DNA of 64,000 nucleotides, from assembly GCA_002269645.1 (NCBI GenBank), contig NIVC01003331.1, positions 1-64,000 of the forward strand, read 5' to 3'. This document shows positions 1 to 15,699 of the stretch, in pieces; within the stretch, counting starts at the first letter, position 1, and each line of letters opens with the position of its first letter. The notes below the pieces were generated by a model. That model saw only the letters and a list, made by a program, of their open reading frames with translations, was not told the origin of the DNA and ran no database searches. Origin of the DNA: Macrostomum lignano (lineage: Eukaryota). The translations under genes were made by a program, and so were the position numbers.

Positions 1-1000
1 CCTTGTAAGCCTTGACATGTCAGTAATTCCCCCCCACAAGCTTTAACATATCAACTTCCCCCTTGACATCTCAGCATGCCCCCAATAAGCCTTGGAAATC
101 TAAAAATATCTGTCAACCTTCTAACCCTAACCCTAGCCTAACCTAACCCAACCCTAACCCTAACCCTAACCCTAACCTAACCCTAAAGCATTGAAATTTC
201 AGTAATAATTCTCTCTAAGAGTCATTATAGCACTACTACAGCATTATAGCGATTCCCTGCAAGCCTCGACATCGTAGGATTCCCAAATGAATCTCTTACT
301 TCGACATGAAGCTTCTTTTATTTTTTACATTACGCTTTTTTTATCAGCGATCCCTCCCCTGAGGAGGCATCAAATAATATAATAAAAAGTTTTCAATAAA
401 CTACATGTAGCTTCTGACTTTAGCCTTGAAATCTCATTTATACCCCCGTGAGCCTTGACATCTCAGCTATTCCCCCCGTAACCTTAACATGTCAGCGATG
501 GCCCCATAAACCTTGAAATCTAAAAATCCCCTGTTATCTGTTAACCTTGAAACCCGATAAAATATACCCTCAACCCACACCTGACCTAAACCTAACTTTA
601 ACCCAACCTAAAGCCTTGAAATCTCAGCAATTCTTCTCCCCTAAGCCTTGACATTTTAGTGATTCCTTCTTTAAGAATCACAGCACTATAACGATTTCCA
701 CCAAGCTTTGACCATCGTAGCAATTCCCAAATGAATCTTTAACTTCGACATGACTTTTCTTTTATGTATACATAGTGCTACTTTTATTTTTTACATGACT
801 CTTCTTCTATCAGCGCCCCCCCCCGTGGCGAGCCAACAAAGAATGCAATAAAAAAATTGAGTAAAGTACATGAACTTTGAAGTAGCTTCTGACTTTTGCT
901 TTGACATCTCAGAAACCCCCCCCGTAATCTCAGTTATTCTCTGAGAGCCTTGACGTCTCAGTTTTTCTCCCCAGCACAGCATTATAGCTGCATTTAATTT
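1..1000. repeat. Degenerate ~440-bp tandem unit (about 2.3 copies) built of ccttgaaatctc/ccttgacatctc sub-repeats with an internal (CCCTAA)n tract
   Basis: ttcccaaatgaatct..acttcgacatga occurs at ~281 and ~725. gtagcttctgactt occurs at ~407 and ~882. The telomere-like tract at 121-186 has a decayed counterpart at ~565-612. Confidence 0.75.
121..186 (-). repeat. Interstitial telomere-type repeat, imperfect (CCCTAA)n, i.e. TTAGGG on the minus strand
   Basis: ctaaccctaaccctagcctaacctaacccaaccctaaccctaaccctaaccctaacctaaccctaa. Confidence 0.85.
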
Positions 1001-1001
1001 T

Positions 1002-4000
1002 TACATGACACCCTTCATGTCTGACATGACGCTTCTTTTATTCTACATGATGCTTCTTAATTTTTAAATGACACTTTCATTAGTTTTAAATGAGGCTTCT
1101 ATGATTTTTACATGACGCTTTATGATTTTTACATGACGCTTCTATGATTTTACATGACGCTTCTATGATTTTTACATGACGCTTCTATGATTTTTACATG
1201 ACGCTTCTATGATTGTTTACATGACGCTTCTCTATGATTTTATATGACGCTTCTATGATTTTTACATGACGCTTCTATGATTGTTTACATGACGCTTCTA
1301 TGATTTTTACATGACGCTTCTATGATTTTTACATGACGCTTCTATGATTTTTACATGACGCTTCTATGTTTTTTACATGACGCTTCTATGATTTTTACAT
1401 GACGCTTCATGATTTTTACATGACGCTTCTATGATTTTTACATGACGCTTCTATGATTTTTACATGACGCTTCTATGATTTTTATATGACGCTTCTATGA
1501 TTGTTTACATGACGCTTCTATGATTTTTACATGACGCTTCTATGATTTTTACATGACGCTTCTATGATTGTTTACATGACGCTTCTATGATTTTACATGA
1601 CGCTTCTATGATTTTTACATGACGCTTCTATGATTGTTTACATGACGCTTCTATGATTTTTACATGACGCTTCTATGATTGTTTACATGACGCTTCTATG
1701 ATTTTTATTGACGCTTCTATGATTTTTACATGACGCTTCTATGATTTTTACATGACGCTTCTATGATTTTTATATGACGCTTCTATGATTGTTTACATGA
1801 CGCTTCTATGATTGTTTTACATGACGCTTCTATGATTTTTTACATGACGCTTCTATGATTTTTACATGACGCTTCTATGATTTTTACATGACGCTTCTAT
1901 GATTTTTACATGACGCTTCTATGATTTTTACATGGCTTCTATGATTTTTTACATGACGCTTCTATGATTTTTACATGACGCTTCTATGATTTTTACATGA
2001 CGCTTCTATGATTGTTTACATGACGCTTCTATGATTGTTACATGACGCTTCTATGATTTTTATATGACGCTTCTATGATTTTTACATGACGCTTCTATGA
2101 TTGTTTACATGACGCTTCTATGATTTTACATGACGCTTCTATGATTTTTTACATGACGCTTCTACGATTTTTACATGACGCTTCTATGATTGTTTACATG
2201 ACGCTTCTATGATTGTTTACATGACGCTTCTATGATTTTACATGACGCTTCTATGATTGTTTACATGACGCTTCTATGATTTTTACATGACGCTTCTATG
2301 ATTTTTACATGACGCTTCTATGATTTTTACATGACGCTTCTATGATTTTACATGACGCTTCTATGATTTTACATGACGCTTCTATGATTTTTACATGACG
2401 CTTCTATGATTTTTACATGACGCTTCTATGATTTTTACATGACGCTTCTATGATTTTTACATGACGCTTCTATGATTGTTTACATGACGCTTCTATGATT
2501 GTTTACATGACGCTTCTATGATTTTTACATGACGCTTCTATGATTTTACATGACGCTTCTATGATTTTTACATGACGCTTCTACGATTGTTTACATGACG
2601 CTTCTATGATTGTTTACATGACGCTTCTATGATTTTTACATGACGCTTCTATGATTTTACATGACGCTTCTATGATTTTTACATGACGCTTCTATGATTT
2701 TTATATGACGCTTCTATGATTTTTACATGACGCTTCTATGATTTTTACATGACGCTTCTATGATTGTTTACATGACGCTTCTATGATTGTTTACATGACG
2801 CTTCTATGATTTTTATATGACGCTTCTATGATTTTTTACATGACGCTTCTATGATTTTTACATGACGCTTCTATGATTTTTACATGACGCTTCTATGATT
2901 TTTACATGACGCTTCTATGATTGTTTACATGACGCTTCTATGATTGTTTATGACGCTTCTATATTTTTTACATGACGCTTCTATGATTTTTTTATGACGC
3001 TTCTATGATTTTTTACATGACGCTTCTATGATTGTTTACATGACGCTTCTATGATTTTTACATGACGCTTCTAGATTTTTTACATGACGCTTCTATGATT
3101 TTTACATGACGCTTCTATGATTTTTACATGACGCTTCTATGATTTTTACATGACGCTTCTATGATTGTTTACATGACGCTTCTATGATTTTACATGACGC
3201 TTCTATGATTTTTACATGACGCTTCTATGATTTTTACATGACGCTTCTATGATTTTTATATGACGCTTCTATGATTTTTACATGACGCTTCTATGATTGT
3301 TTACATGACGCTTCTATGATTTTTTACATGACGCTTCTATGATTTTTACATGACGCTTCTATGATTTTTACATGACGCTTCTATGATTTTTACATGACGC
3401 TTCTATGATTTTTATATGACGCTTCTATGATTTTTACATGACGCTTCTATGATTTTTACATGACGCTTCTCTGATTTTTACATGACGCTTCTATGATTGT
3501 TTACATGACGCTTCTATGATTTTTACATGACGCTTCTATGATTTTTACATGACGCTTCTATGATTTTTTACATGACGCTTCTATGATTTTTACATGACGC
3601 TTCTATGATTTTACATGACGCTTCTATGATTTTTACATGACGCTTCTACGATTTTTACATGACGCTTCTATGATTGTTACATGACGCTTCTATGATTTTT
3701 TACATGACGCTTCTATGATTTTTACATGACGCTTCTATGATTTTTACATGACGCTTCTATGATTTTTTACATGACGCTTCTATGATTTTTTACATGACGC
3801 TTCTATGATTTTTACATGACGCTTCTATGATTGTTTACATGACGCTTCTATGATTGTTTACATGACGCTTCTATGATTTTTATATGACGCTTCTATGATT
3901 TTTACATGACGCTTCTATGATTTTTTACATGACGCTTCTATGATTTTTACATGACGCTTCTATGATTTTACATGACGCTTCTATGATTTTTACATGACGC

Positions 4001-7000
4001 TTCTATGATTGTTTTATGACGCTTCTATGATTTTTACATGACGCTTCTATGATTTTTACATGACGCTTCTATGATTTTTTACATGACGCTTCTATGATTG
4101 TTTACATGACGCTTCTATGATTTTTATATGACGCTTCTATGATTTTTTACATGACGCTTCTATGATTTTTACATGACGCTTCTATGATTTTACATGACGC
4201 TTCTATGATTTTTACATGACGCTTCTATGATTGTTTACATGACGCTTCTATGATTTTTTACATGACGCTTCTATGATTGTTTACATGACGCTTCTATGAT
4301 TGTTTACATGACGCTTCTATGATTTTTTACATGACGCTTCTATGATTTTTACATGACGCTTCTATGATTTTTACATGACGCTTCTATGATTGTACATGAC
4401 GCTTCTATGATTTTTACATGACGCTTCTATGATTTTTTACATGACGCTTCTATGATTTTTACATGACGCTTCTATGATTTTTACATGACGCTTCTATGAT
4501 TTTTACATGACGCTTCTATGATTGTTTACATGACGCTTCTATGATTTTTATATGACGCTTCTATGATTTTTACATGACGCTTCTATGATTTTTACATGAC
4601 GCTTCTATGATTTTTATGACGCTTCTATGATTGTTTACATGACGCTTCTATGATTGTTTACATGACGCTTCTATGATTTTTACATGACGCTTCTATGATT
4701 GTTTACATGACGCTTCTATGATTTTTATATGACGCTTCTATGATTTTTTACATGACGCTTCTATGATTGTTTACATGACGCTTCTATGATTTTACATGAC
4801 GCTTCTATGATTTTTTACATGACGCTTCTATGATTGTTTACATGACGCTTCTATGATTTTTTATGACGCTTCTATGATTGTTTACATGACGCTTCTATGA
4901 TTTTTATTGACGCTTCTATGATTTTTTACATGACGCTTCTATGATTTTTTACATGACGCTTCTATGATTTTTATATGACGCTTCTATGATTGTTTACATG
5001 ACGCTTCTATGATTGTTTTACATGACGCTTCTATGATTGTTTACATGACGCTTCTATGATTTTTATATGACGCTTCTACGATTTTTTTACATGACGCTTC
5101 TATGATTCTTTACATGACGCTTCTATGATTTTTACATGACGCTTCTATGATTTTTTACATGACGCTTCTATGATTGTTTACATGACGCTTCTATGATTGT
5201 TTACATGACGCTTCTATGATTGTTTACATGACGCTTCTATGATTTTACATGACGCTTCTATGATTTAGTTTTTACATGACGCTTCTATGATTTTTACATG
5301 ACGCTTCTATGATTGTTTACATGACGCTTCTATGATTTTTTACATGACGCTTCTATGATTGTTTACATGACGCTTCTATGATTGTTTACATGACGCTTCT
5401 ATGATTTTTACATGACGCTTCTATGATTTTACATGACGCTTCTATGATTGTTTATATGACGCTTCTATGATTTTTACATGACGCTTCTATGATTTTTTAC
5501 ATGACGCTTCTATGATTGTTTACATGACGCTTCTATGATTTTTATATGACGCTTCTATGATTTTTACATGACGCTTCTTGATTGTTTACATGACGCTTCT
5601 ATGATTTTTACATGACGCTTCTATGATATTTTTATATGACGCTTCTATGATTTTTACATGACGCTTCTATGATTTTTTACATGACGCTTCTATGATTGTT
5701 TACATGACGCTTCTATGATTGTTTACATGACGCTTCTATGATTTTTTACATGACGCTTCTATGATTTTTTACATGACGCTTCTATGATTTTTACATGACG
5801 CTTCTATGATTGTTATACATGACGCTTCTATGATTGTTTACATGACGCTTCTATGATTGTTACATGACGCTTCTATGATTGTTTACATGACGCTTCTATG
5901 ATTTTTACATGACGCTTCTATGATTTTTTACATGACGCTTCTATGATTTTTACATGACGCTTCTATGATTGTTTACATGACGCTTCTATGATTGTTTACA
6001 TGACGCTTCTATGATTTTTACATGACGCTTCTATGATTGTTTACATGACGCTTCTATGATTTTTTACATGACGCTTCTATGATTTTTTATATGACGCTTC
6101 TATGATTGTTTACATGACGCTTCTATGATTTTTACATGACGCTTCTATGATTTTTTACATGACGCTTCTATGATTTTTACATGACGCTTCTATGATTTTT
6201 ACATGACGCTTCTATGATTTTTACATGACGCTTCTATGATTGTTTACATGACGCTTCTATGATTTTTACATGACGCTTCTATGATTTTTTACATGACGCT
6301 TCTATGATTGTTTACATGACGCTTCTATGATTTTTATATGACGCTTCTATGAATTTTTTACATGACGCTTCTATTGATTGTTTACATGACGCTTCTATGA
6401 TTTTTACATGACGCTTCTATGATTTTTATATGACGCTTCAATGATTGTTTTACATGACGCTTCTATGATTTTTATATGACGCTTCTATGATTGTTTACAT
6501 GACGCTTCTATGATTGTTTACATGACGCTTCTATGATTTTTACATGACGCTTCTATGATTTTTAATGACGCTTCTATGATTTTTATATGACGCTTCTAGA
6601 TGTTTTTACATGACGCTTCTATGATTTTTACATGACGCTTCTATGATTTTTTACATGACGCTTCTATGATTTTTACATGACGCTTCTATGATTTTTTACA
6701 TGACGCTTCTATGATTTTTACATGACGCTTCTATGATTTTTACATGACGCTTCTATGATTTTTTACATGACGCTTCTATGATTTTTTTACATGACGCTTC
6801 TATGATTGTTTACATGACGCTTCTATGATTTTACATGACGCTTCTATGATTTTTACATGACACTTCTAGATTGTTTACATGACGCTTCTATGATTGTTTA
6901 CATGACGCTTCTATGATTGTTTACATGACGCTTCTATGATTTTACATGACGCTTCTATGATTGTTTACATGACGCTTCTATGATTTTTACATGACGCTTC

Positions 7001-10000
7001 TATGATTTTTTAACATGACGCTTCTATGATTTTGCATGACGCTTCTATGATTGTTTACATGACGCTTCTATGATTGTTTACATGACGCTTCTATGATTTT
7101 TACATGACGCTTCTATGATTTTTACATGACGCTTCTATGATTTTTACATGACGCTTCTATGATTTTTTACATGACGCTTCTATGATTTTTTAAATGACGC
7201 TTCTATGATTTTTGCATGACGCTTCTATGATTGTTATTATGACGCTTCTACGATTTTTTACATGACGCTTCTATGATTTTTATATGACGCTTCTACGATT
7301 TTTTACATGACGCTTCTATGATTGTTTACATGACGCTTCTATGATTTTTACATGACGCTTCTATGATTTTTTACATGACGCTTCTATGATTGTTTACATG
7401 ACGCTTTCTATGATTTTACATGACGCTTCTATGATTTTTATATGACGCTTCATGATTTTTTACATGACGCTTCTATGATTTTTATATGACGCTTCTATGA
7501 TTGTTTACATGACTTCTATGATTGTTTACATGACGCTTCTATGATTTTTTACATGACGCTTCTATGATTTTTTAATGACGCTTCTATGATTTTTATATGA
7601 CGCTTCTATGATTTTTTACATGACGCTTCTATGATTTTTACATGACGCTTCTATGATTTTTTACATGACGCTTCTATGATTGTTTACATGACGCTTCTAT
7701 GATTTTTATATGACGCTTCTATGATTTTTACATGACGCTTCTATGATTGTTTTACATGACGCTTCTATGATTGTTTACATGACGCTTCTATGATTGTTAT
7801 TATGACGCTTCTACGATTTTTTACATGACGCTTCTATGATTTTTATATGACGCTTCTACGATTTTTTACATGACGCTTCTATGATTTTTTACATGACGCT
7901 TCTCTGATTTTTTTAATGACGCTTCTATGATTGTTTACATGACGCTTCTATGATTGTTTACATGACGCTTCTATGATTTTTACATGACGCTTCTATGATT
8001 TTTTTAATGACGCTTCTATGATTTTTATATGACGCTTCTACGATTTTTTACATGACGCTTCTATGATTTTTATATAACGCTTCTACGATTTTTTACATGA
8101 CGCTTCTATGATTTTTTACATGACGCTTCTCTGATTTTTTTAATGACGCTTCTATGATTGTTTACATGACGCTTCTGATTAATGACGTTTTACATGACTT
8201 CTACGATTGTTTACATGACGCTTCTATGATTGTTACATGACGCTTCTATGATTGTTTACATGACGCTTCTATGATTGTTAACATGACGCTTCTATGATTG
8301 TTTACATGACGCTTCTATGATTTTTATATGACGCTTCTATGATTTTTTAAATGACGCTTCTATGATTTTTTACATGACGCTTCTATGATTTTTTACATGA
8401 CGCTTCTATGATTGTTTACATGACGCTTCTATGATTTTTACATGACGCTTCTATGATTGTTTACATGACGCTTTTATGATTTTTATATGACGCTTCTATG
8501 ATTTTTTACATGACGCTTCATGATTGTTTACACGACGCTTCTATGATTTTTACATGACGCTTCAATGATTGTTATTATGACGCTTCTACGATTTTTTACA
8601 TGACGCTTCTATGATTTTTATATAACGCTTCTACGATTTTTTACATGACGCTTCTATGATTTTTTACATGACGCTTCTCTGATTTTTTTAATGACGCTTC
8701 TATGATTGTTTACATGACGCTTCTATGATTGTTTACATGACGCTTCTATGATTTTTTACATGACGCTTCTATGATTGTTTACATGACGCTTCTATGATTT
8801 TTTTAATGACGCTTCTATGATTTTTACATGACGCTTCTATGATTGTTTACATGACGCTTCTATGATTTTTATATGACGCTTCTATGATTGTTTACATGAC
8901 GCTTCTATGATTTTTATATGACGCTTCTATGATTTTTTACATGACGCTTCTATGATTTTTTACATGACGCTTTTATGATTTTTTTATATGACGCTTCTAT
9001 GATTGTTTACATGACGCTTCTATGATTGTTTACATGACGCTTCTATGATTTTTATATGACGCTTCTATGATTGTTTACATGACGCTTCTATGATTTTTAT
9101 ATGACGCTTCTATGATTTTTACATGACGCTTCTATGATTGTTTACATGACGCTTCTATGATCTTTACATGACGCTTCTATGATTTTTATATGACGCTTCA
9201 ATGATTGTTTACATGACGCTTCTATGATTTTTATATGACGCTTCTATGATTGTTTACATGACGCTTCTATGATTTTTATTTGACGCTTCTATGATTTTTT
9301 ACATGACGCTTCTATGATTTTTTACATGACGCTTCTATGATTTTTATATGACGCTTCTATGATTGTTTACATGACGCTTCTATGATTGTTATTATGACGC
9401 TTCTACGATTTTTTACATGACGCTTCTATGATTTTTATATAACGCTTCTACGATTTTTTACATGACGCTTCTATCTTGATTTTTACATGACGCTTCTATG
9501 ATTTTTTACATGGCATTTCTATGATTTTTTACATGACGCTTCTATGATTGTTTACATGACGCTTCTATGATTGTTTACATGACGCTTCTATGATTGTTTA
9601 CATGACGCTTCTATGATTGTTTACATGACGCTTCTATGATTTTTATATGACGCTTCTATGATTTTTTACATGACGCTTCTATGATTGTTTACATGACGCT
9701 TCTCTGATTTTTTACATGACACTTCTACGATTGTTTACATGACGCTTCTATGATTGTTTACATGACGCTTCTATGATTGTTTACATGACGCTTCTATGAT
9801 TGTTAACATGACGCTTCTATGATTGTTTATATGACGCTTCTATGATTTTTTACATGACGCTTCTATGATTTTTTACATGACGCTTCTATGATTGTTTACA
9901 TGACGCTTCTATGATTTTTATATGACGCTTCTATGATTTTTTACATGACGCTTCTTTGATTGTTTACATGACGCTTCTATGATCTTTACATGACGCTTCT

Positions 10001-13000
10001 ATGATTTTTATATGACGCTTCAATGATTGTTTACATGACGCTTCTATGATTTTTATATGACGCTTCTATGATTGTTTACATGACGCTTCTATGATTGTTT
10101 ACATGACGCTTCTATGATTGTTAACATGACGCTTCTATGATTTTTTACATGACACTTCTACGATTGTTTACATGACGCTTCTATGATTGTTAACATGACG
10201 CTTCTATGATTGTTTACATGACGCTTCTATGATTGTTAACATGACGCTTCTATGATTGTTTACATGACGCTTCTATGATTTTTATATGACGCTTCTATGA
10301 TTTTTTAAATGACGCTTCTATGATTTTTGCATGACGCTTCTATGATTGTTTACATGACGCTTCTATGATTGTTTACATGACGCTTCTATGATTTTTATAT
10401 GACGCTTCTATGATTGTTTACATGACGCTTCTATGATTTTTTACATGACGCTTTTATGATTTTTTTATATGACGCTTCTATGATTGTTTACATGACGCTT
10501 CTATGATTGTTTACATGACGCTTCTATGATTGTTATTATGACGCTTCTACGATTTTTTACATGACGCTTCTATGATTTTTATATAACGCTTCTACGATTT
10601 TTTACATGACGCTTCTATGATTGTTTACATGACGCTTCTATGATTTTTATATAACGCTTCTACGATTTTTTACATGACGCTTCTATGATTGTTTACATGA
10701 CGCTTCTATGATTTTTATATGACGCTTCTATGATTTTTACATGACGCTTCTATGATTGTTTACATGACGCTTCTATGATCTTTACATGACGCTTCTATGA
10801 TTTTTATATGACGCTTCAATGATTGTTTACATGACGCTTCTATGATTTTTATATGACGCTTCTATGATTGTTTACATGACGCTTCTATGATTGTTTACAT
10901 GACGCTTCTATGATTTTTTACATGACGCTTCTATGATTTTTTTAATGACGCTTCTATGATTTTTATATGACGCTTCTACGATTTTTTACATGACGCTTCT
11001 ATGATTTTTATATAACGCTTCTACGATTTTTTACATGACGCTTCTATGATTTTTTACATGACGCTTCTCTGATTTTTTTAATGACGCTTCTATGATTGTT
11101 TACATGACGCTTCTATGATTTTTTACATGACGCTTCTCTGATTTTTTTAATGACGCTTCTATGATTGTTTACATGACGCTTCTATGATTGTTTACATGAC
11201 GCTTCTATGATTTTTTTACATGACGCTTCTATGATTTTTTACATGACGCTTCTATGATTGTTTACATGACGCTTCTATGATTGTTAACATGACGCTTCTA
11301 TGATTGTTTTACATGACGCTTCTATGATTGTTAACATGACGCTTCTATGATTGTTTACATGACGCTTCTATGATTTTTACATGACGCTTCTATGATTGTT
11401 TACATGACGCTTCTATGATTGTTTGCATGACGCTTCTATGATTTTTAATGACGCTTCTATGATTTTTTGCATGACGCTTCTATGATTTTTATATGACGCT
11501 TCTATGATTGTTTACATGACGCTTCTATGATTTTTACATGACGCTTCTATGATTTTTATATGACGCTTCTATGATTTTTTACATGACGCTTCTATGATTG
11601 TTTACATGACGCTTCTATGATTGTTTTATGACGCTTCTATGATTGTTTACATGACGCTTCTATGATTTTTAATGACGCTTCTATGATTTTTTACATGACG
11701 CTTCTATGATTTTTACATGACGCTTCTATGATTTTTATATGACGCTTCTATGATTTTTTACATGACGCTTCTATGATTGTTTACATGACGCTTCTATGAT
11801 TTTTACATGACGCTTCTATGATTTTTATATGACGCTTCTATGATTGTTTACATGACGCTTCTATGATTTTTATATGACGCTTCTATGATTGTTTACATGA
11901 CGCTTCTATGATTGTTTACATGACGCTTCTATGATTTTTATACATGACGCTTCTATGATTTTTACATGACGCTTCTATGATTTTTACATGACGCTTCTAT
12001 GATTTTTTACATGACGCTTCTATGATTTTTAATGACGCTTCTATGATTTTTATACATGACGCTTCTATGATTGTTTACATGACGCTTCTATGATTTTTAC
12101 ATGACGCTTCTATGATTTTTTACATGACGCTTCTATGATTGTTTACATGACGCTTCTATGATTTTTACATGACGCTTCTATGATTGTTTTACATGACGCT
12201 TCTATGATTGTTTACATGACGCTTCTATGATTGTTTATATGACGCTTCTACGATTTTTACATGACGCTTCTATGATTTTTTACATGACGCTTCTATGATT
12301 TTTTAATGACGCTTCTATGATTTTTACATGACGCTTCTATGATTTTTTACATGACGCTTCTATGATTTTTTTACATGACGCTTCTATGATTTTTACATGA
12401 CGCTTCTATGATTTTTACATGACGCTTCTATGATTTTTTACATGACGCTTCTATGATTTTTATATGACGCTTCTACGATTTTTACATGACGCTTCTATGA
12501 TTTTTTACATGACGCTTCTATGATTTTTAATGACGCTTCTATGATTTTTACATGACGCTTCTATGATTTTTTACATGACGCTTCTATGATTTTTTAATGA
12601 CGCTTCTATGATTGTTTACATGACGCTTCTATGATTTTTACATGACGCTTCTATGATTTTTACATGACGCTTCTATGATTGTTTACATGACGCTTCTATG
12701 ATTGTTTACATGACGCTTCTATGATTGTTTACATGACGCTTCTATGATTGTTTTACATGACGCTTCTATGATTTTTATATGACGCTTCTATGATTTTTTA
12801 ATGACGCTTCTATGATTTTTACATGACGCTTCTATGATTTTTTATGACGCTTCTATGATTTTTTACATGACGCTTCTATGATTTTTACATGACGCTTCTA
12901 TGATTTTTATATGACGCTTCTATGATTTTTTACATGACGCTTCTATGATTTTTTTACATGACGCTTCTATGATTTTTTACATGACGCTTCTATGATTTTT

Positions 13001-15668
13001 TACATGACGCTTCTATGATTTTTTACATGACGCTTCTATGATTTTTTACATGACGCTTCTATGATTTTTTACATGACGCTTCTATGATTTTTATATGACG
13101 CTTCTATGATTTTTACATGACGCTTCTATGATTGTTTACATGACGCTTCTATGATTTTTACATGACGCTTCTATGATTTTTACATGACGCTTCTATGATT
13201 GTTTACATGACGCTTCTATGATTTTTATACATGACGCTTCTATGATTGTTTACATGACGCTTCTATGATTTTTACATGACGCTTCTATGATTGTTTACAT
13301 GACGCTTCTATGATTGTTTACATGACGCTTCTATGATTGTTTACATGACGCTTCTATGATTGTTTACATGACGCTTCTATGATTGTTTAATGACGCTTCT
13401 ATGATTGTTTACATGACGCTTCTATGATTTTTATGACGCTTCTATGATTTTTAATGACGCTTCTATGATTTTTACATGACGCTTCTATGATTTTTATATG
13501 ACGCTTCTATGATTGTTTACATGACGCTTCTATGATTTTTTACATGACGCTTCTATGATTTTTTACATGACGCTTCTATGATTTTTTTACATGACGCTTC
13601 TATGATTTTTCATGACGCTTCTATGATTTTTACATGACGCTTCTATGATTGTTTATGACGCTTCTATGATTGTTTACATGACGCTTCTATGATTGTTTTA
13701 CATGACGCTTCTATGATTGTTTACATGACGCTTCTATGATTTTTATATGACGCTTCTATGATTTTTTACATGACGCTTCTATGATTGTTTACATGACGCT
13801 TCTATGATTTTTACATGACGCTTCTATGATTTTTATATGACGCTTCTATGATTGTTTACATGACGCTTCTATGATTTTTATATGACGCTTCTATGATTTT
13901 TTACATGACGCTTCTATGATTGTTTACATGACGCTTCTATGATTGTTTACATGACGCTTCTATGATTGTTTTATGACGCTTCTATGATTTTTACATGACG
14001 CTTCTATGATTTTTTACATGACGCTTCTCTGATTTTTTTAATGACGCTTCTATGATTGTTTACATGACGCTTCTATGATTGTTTACATGACGCTTCTATG
14101 ATTTTTATATGACGCTTCTATGATTTTTACATGACGCTTCTATGATTGTTTACATGACGCTTCTATGATTGTTTAACATGACGCTTCTATGATTTTTTAC
14201 ATGACGCTTCTATGATTGTTTACATGACGCTTCTATGATTGTTAACATGACGCTTCTATGATTGTTTACATGACGCTTCTATGATTGTTAACATGACGCT
14301 TCTATGATTGTTTACATGACGCTTCTATGATTTTTTACATGACGCTTCTACGATTGTTTACATGACGCTTCTATGATTGTTTACATGACGCTTCTATGAT
14401 TGTTTACATGACGCTTCTATGATTGTTTACATGACGCTTCTATGATTGTTTAACATGACGCTTCTAGGATTGTTTACATGACGCTTCTATGATTTTTATA
14501 TGACGCTTCTATGATTTTTATATGACGCTTCTATGATTTTTTACATGACGCTTCTATGATTTTTTACATGACGCTTTTATGATTTTTTATATGACGCTTC
14601 TATGATTTTTTCCATGACGCTTCTATGATTGTTTACATGACGCTTCTATGATTGTTATTATGACGCTTCTACGATTTTTTACATGACGCTTCTATGATTT
14701 TTATATAACGCTTCTACGATTTTTTACATGACGCTTCTATGATTGTTTACATGACGCTTCTATGATTTTTATATGACGCTTCTATGATTTTTTACATGAC
14801 GCTTCTATGATTGTTTACATGACGCTTCTATGATCTTTACATGACGCTTCTATGATTTTTATATGACGCTTCTATGATTGTTTACATGACGCTTCTATGA
14901 TTGTTTACATGACGCTTCTATGATTGTTTACATGACGCTTCTATGATTTTTTAATGACGCTTCTATGATTTTTATATGACGCTTCTATGATTTTTTACAT
15001 GACGCTTCTATGATTTTTATATGATGCTTCTATGATTTTTTACATGACGCTTCTATGATTGTTTACATGACGCTTTTATGATTTTTATATGACGCTTCTA
15101 TGATTTTTTACATGACGCTTCTATGATTGTTTACACGACGCTTCTATGATTGTTTACATGACGCTTCTATGATTGTTAACATGACGCTTCTATGATTTTT
15201 TACATGACGCATCTATGATTTTTATATGACGCTTCTATGATTTTTTAAATGACGCTGCTATGATTTTTATATGACGCTTCTATGATTGTTTACATGACGC
15301 TTCTATGATTGTTTACATGACGCTTCTATGATTTTTTAAATGACGCATCTATGATTTTTATATGACGCTACTATGGTTTTTTATATGACGCTTCTATGAT
15401 TTTTACATGACGCTTCTATGATTGTTAACATGACGCTTCTATGATTTTTTACATGACGCATCTATGATTTTTATATGACGCTTCTATGATTTTTTAAATG
15501 ACGCTTCTATGATTTTTATATGACGCTTCTATGATTGTTTACATGACGCTTCTATGATTGTTTACATGACGCTTCTATGATTTTTTAAATGATGCATCTA
15601 TGATTTTTATATGACGCTACTATGATTTTTTATATGACGCTTCTATGATTTTTACATGACGCTTCTTT
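1002..15668. repeat. Satellite array, 22-23-bp monomer ACATGACGCTTCTATGATT(T/GT)TT, ~14.6 kb (about 640 copies by length divided by unit)
   Basis: Continuous head-to-tail monomers with a variable T-run and TTGTTT/TTTTT variants. No spacers. The ORF track reports no ORF within it. Confidence 0.98.
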
Positions 15669-15699
15669 TTAAAAAGTCTTTTAGTTTTCCTGACGTTGA

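Noticed and set aside
121-186. True chromosome end
   Set aside because: The tract is short, imperfect and internal, with a decayed duplicate in the next 440-bp unit.
359-380. Hammerhead ribozyme core (CTGAGGAG; also CTGATGAG on the minus strand at ~51563-51570)
   Set aside because: No stem II followed by GAAA at the required position in either case.
1002-15668. CRISPR-like array
   Set aside because: Monomers are directly adjacent with no unique spacers, there are no cas genes, and the context is eukaryotic.
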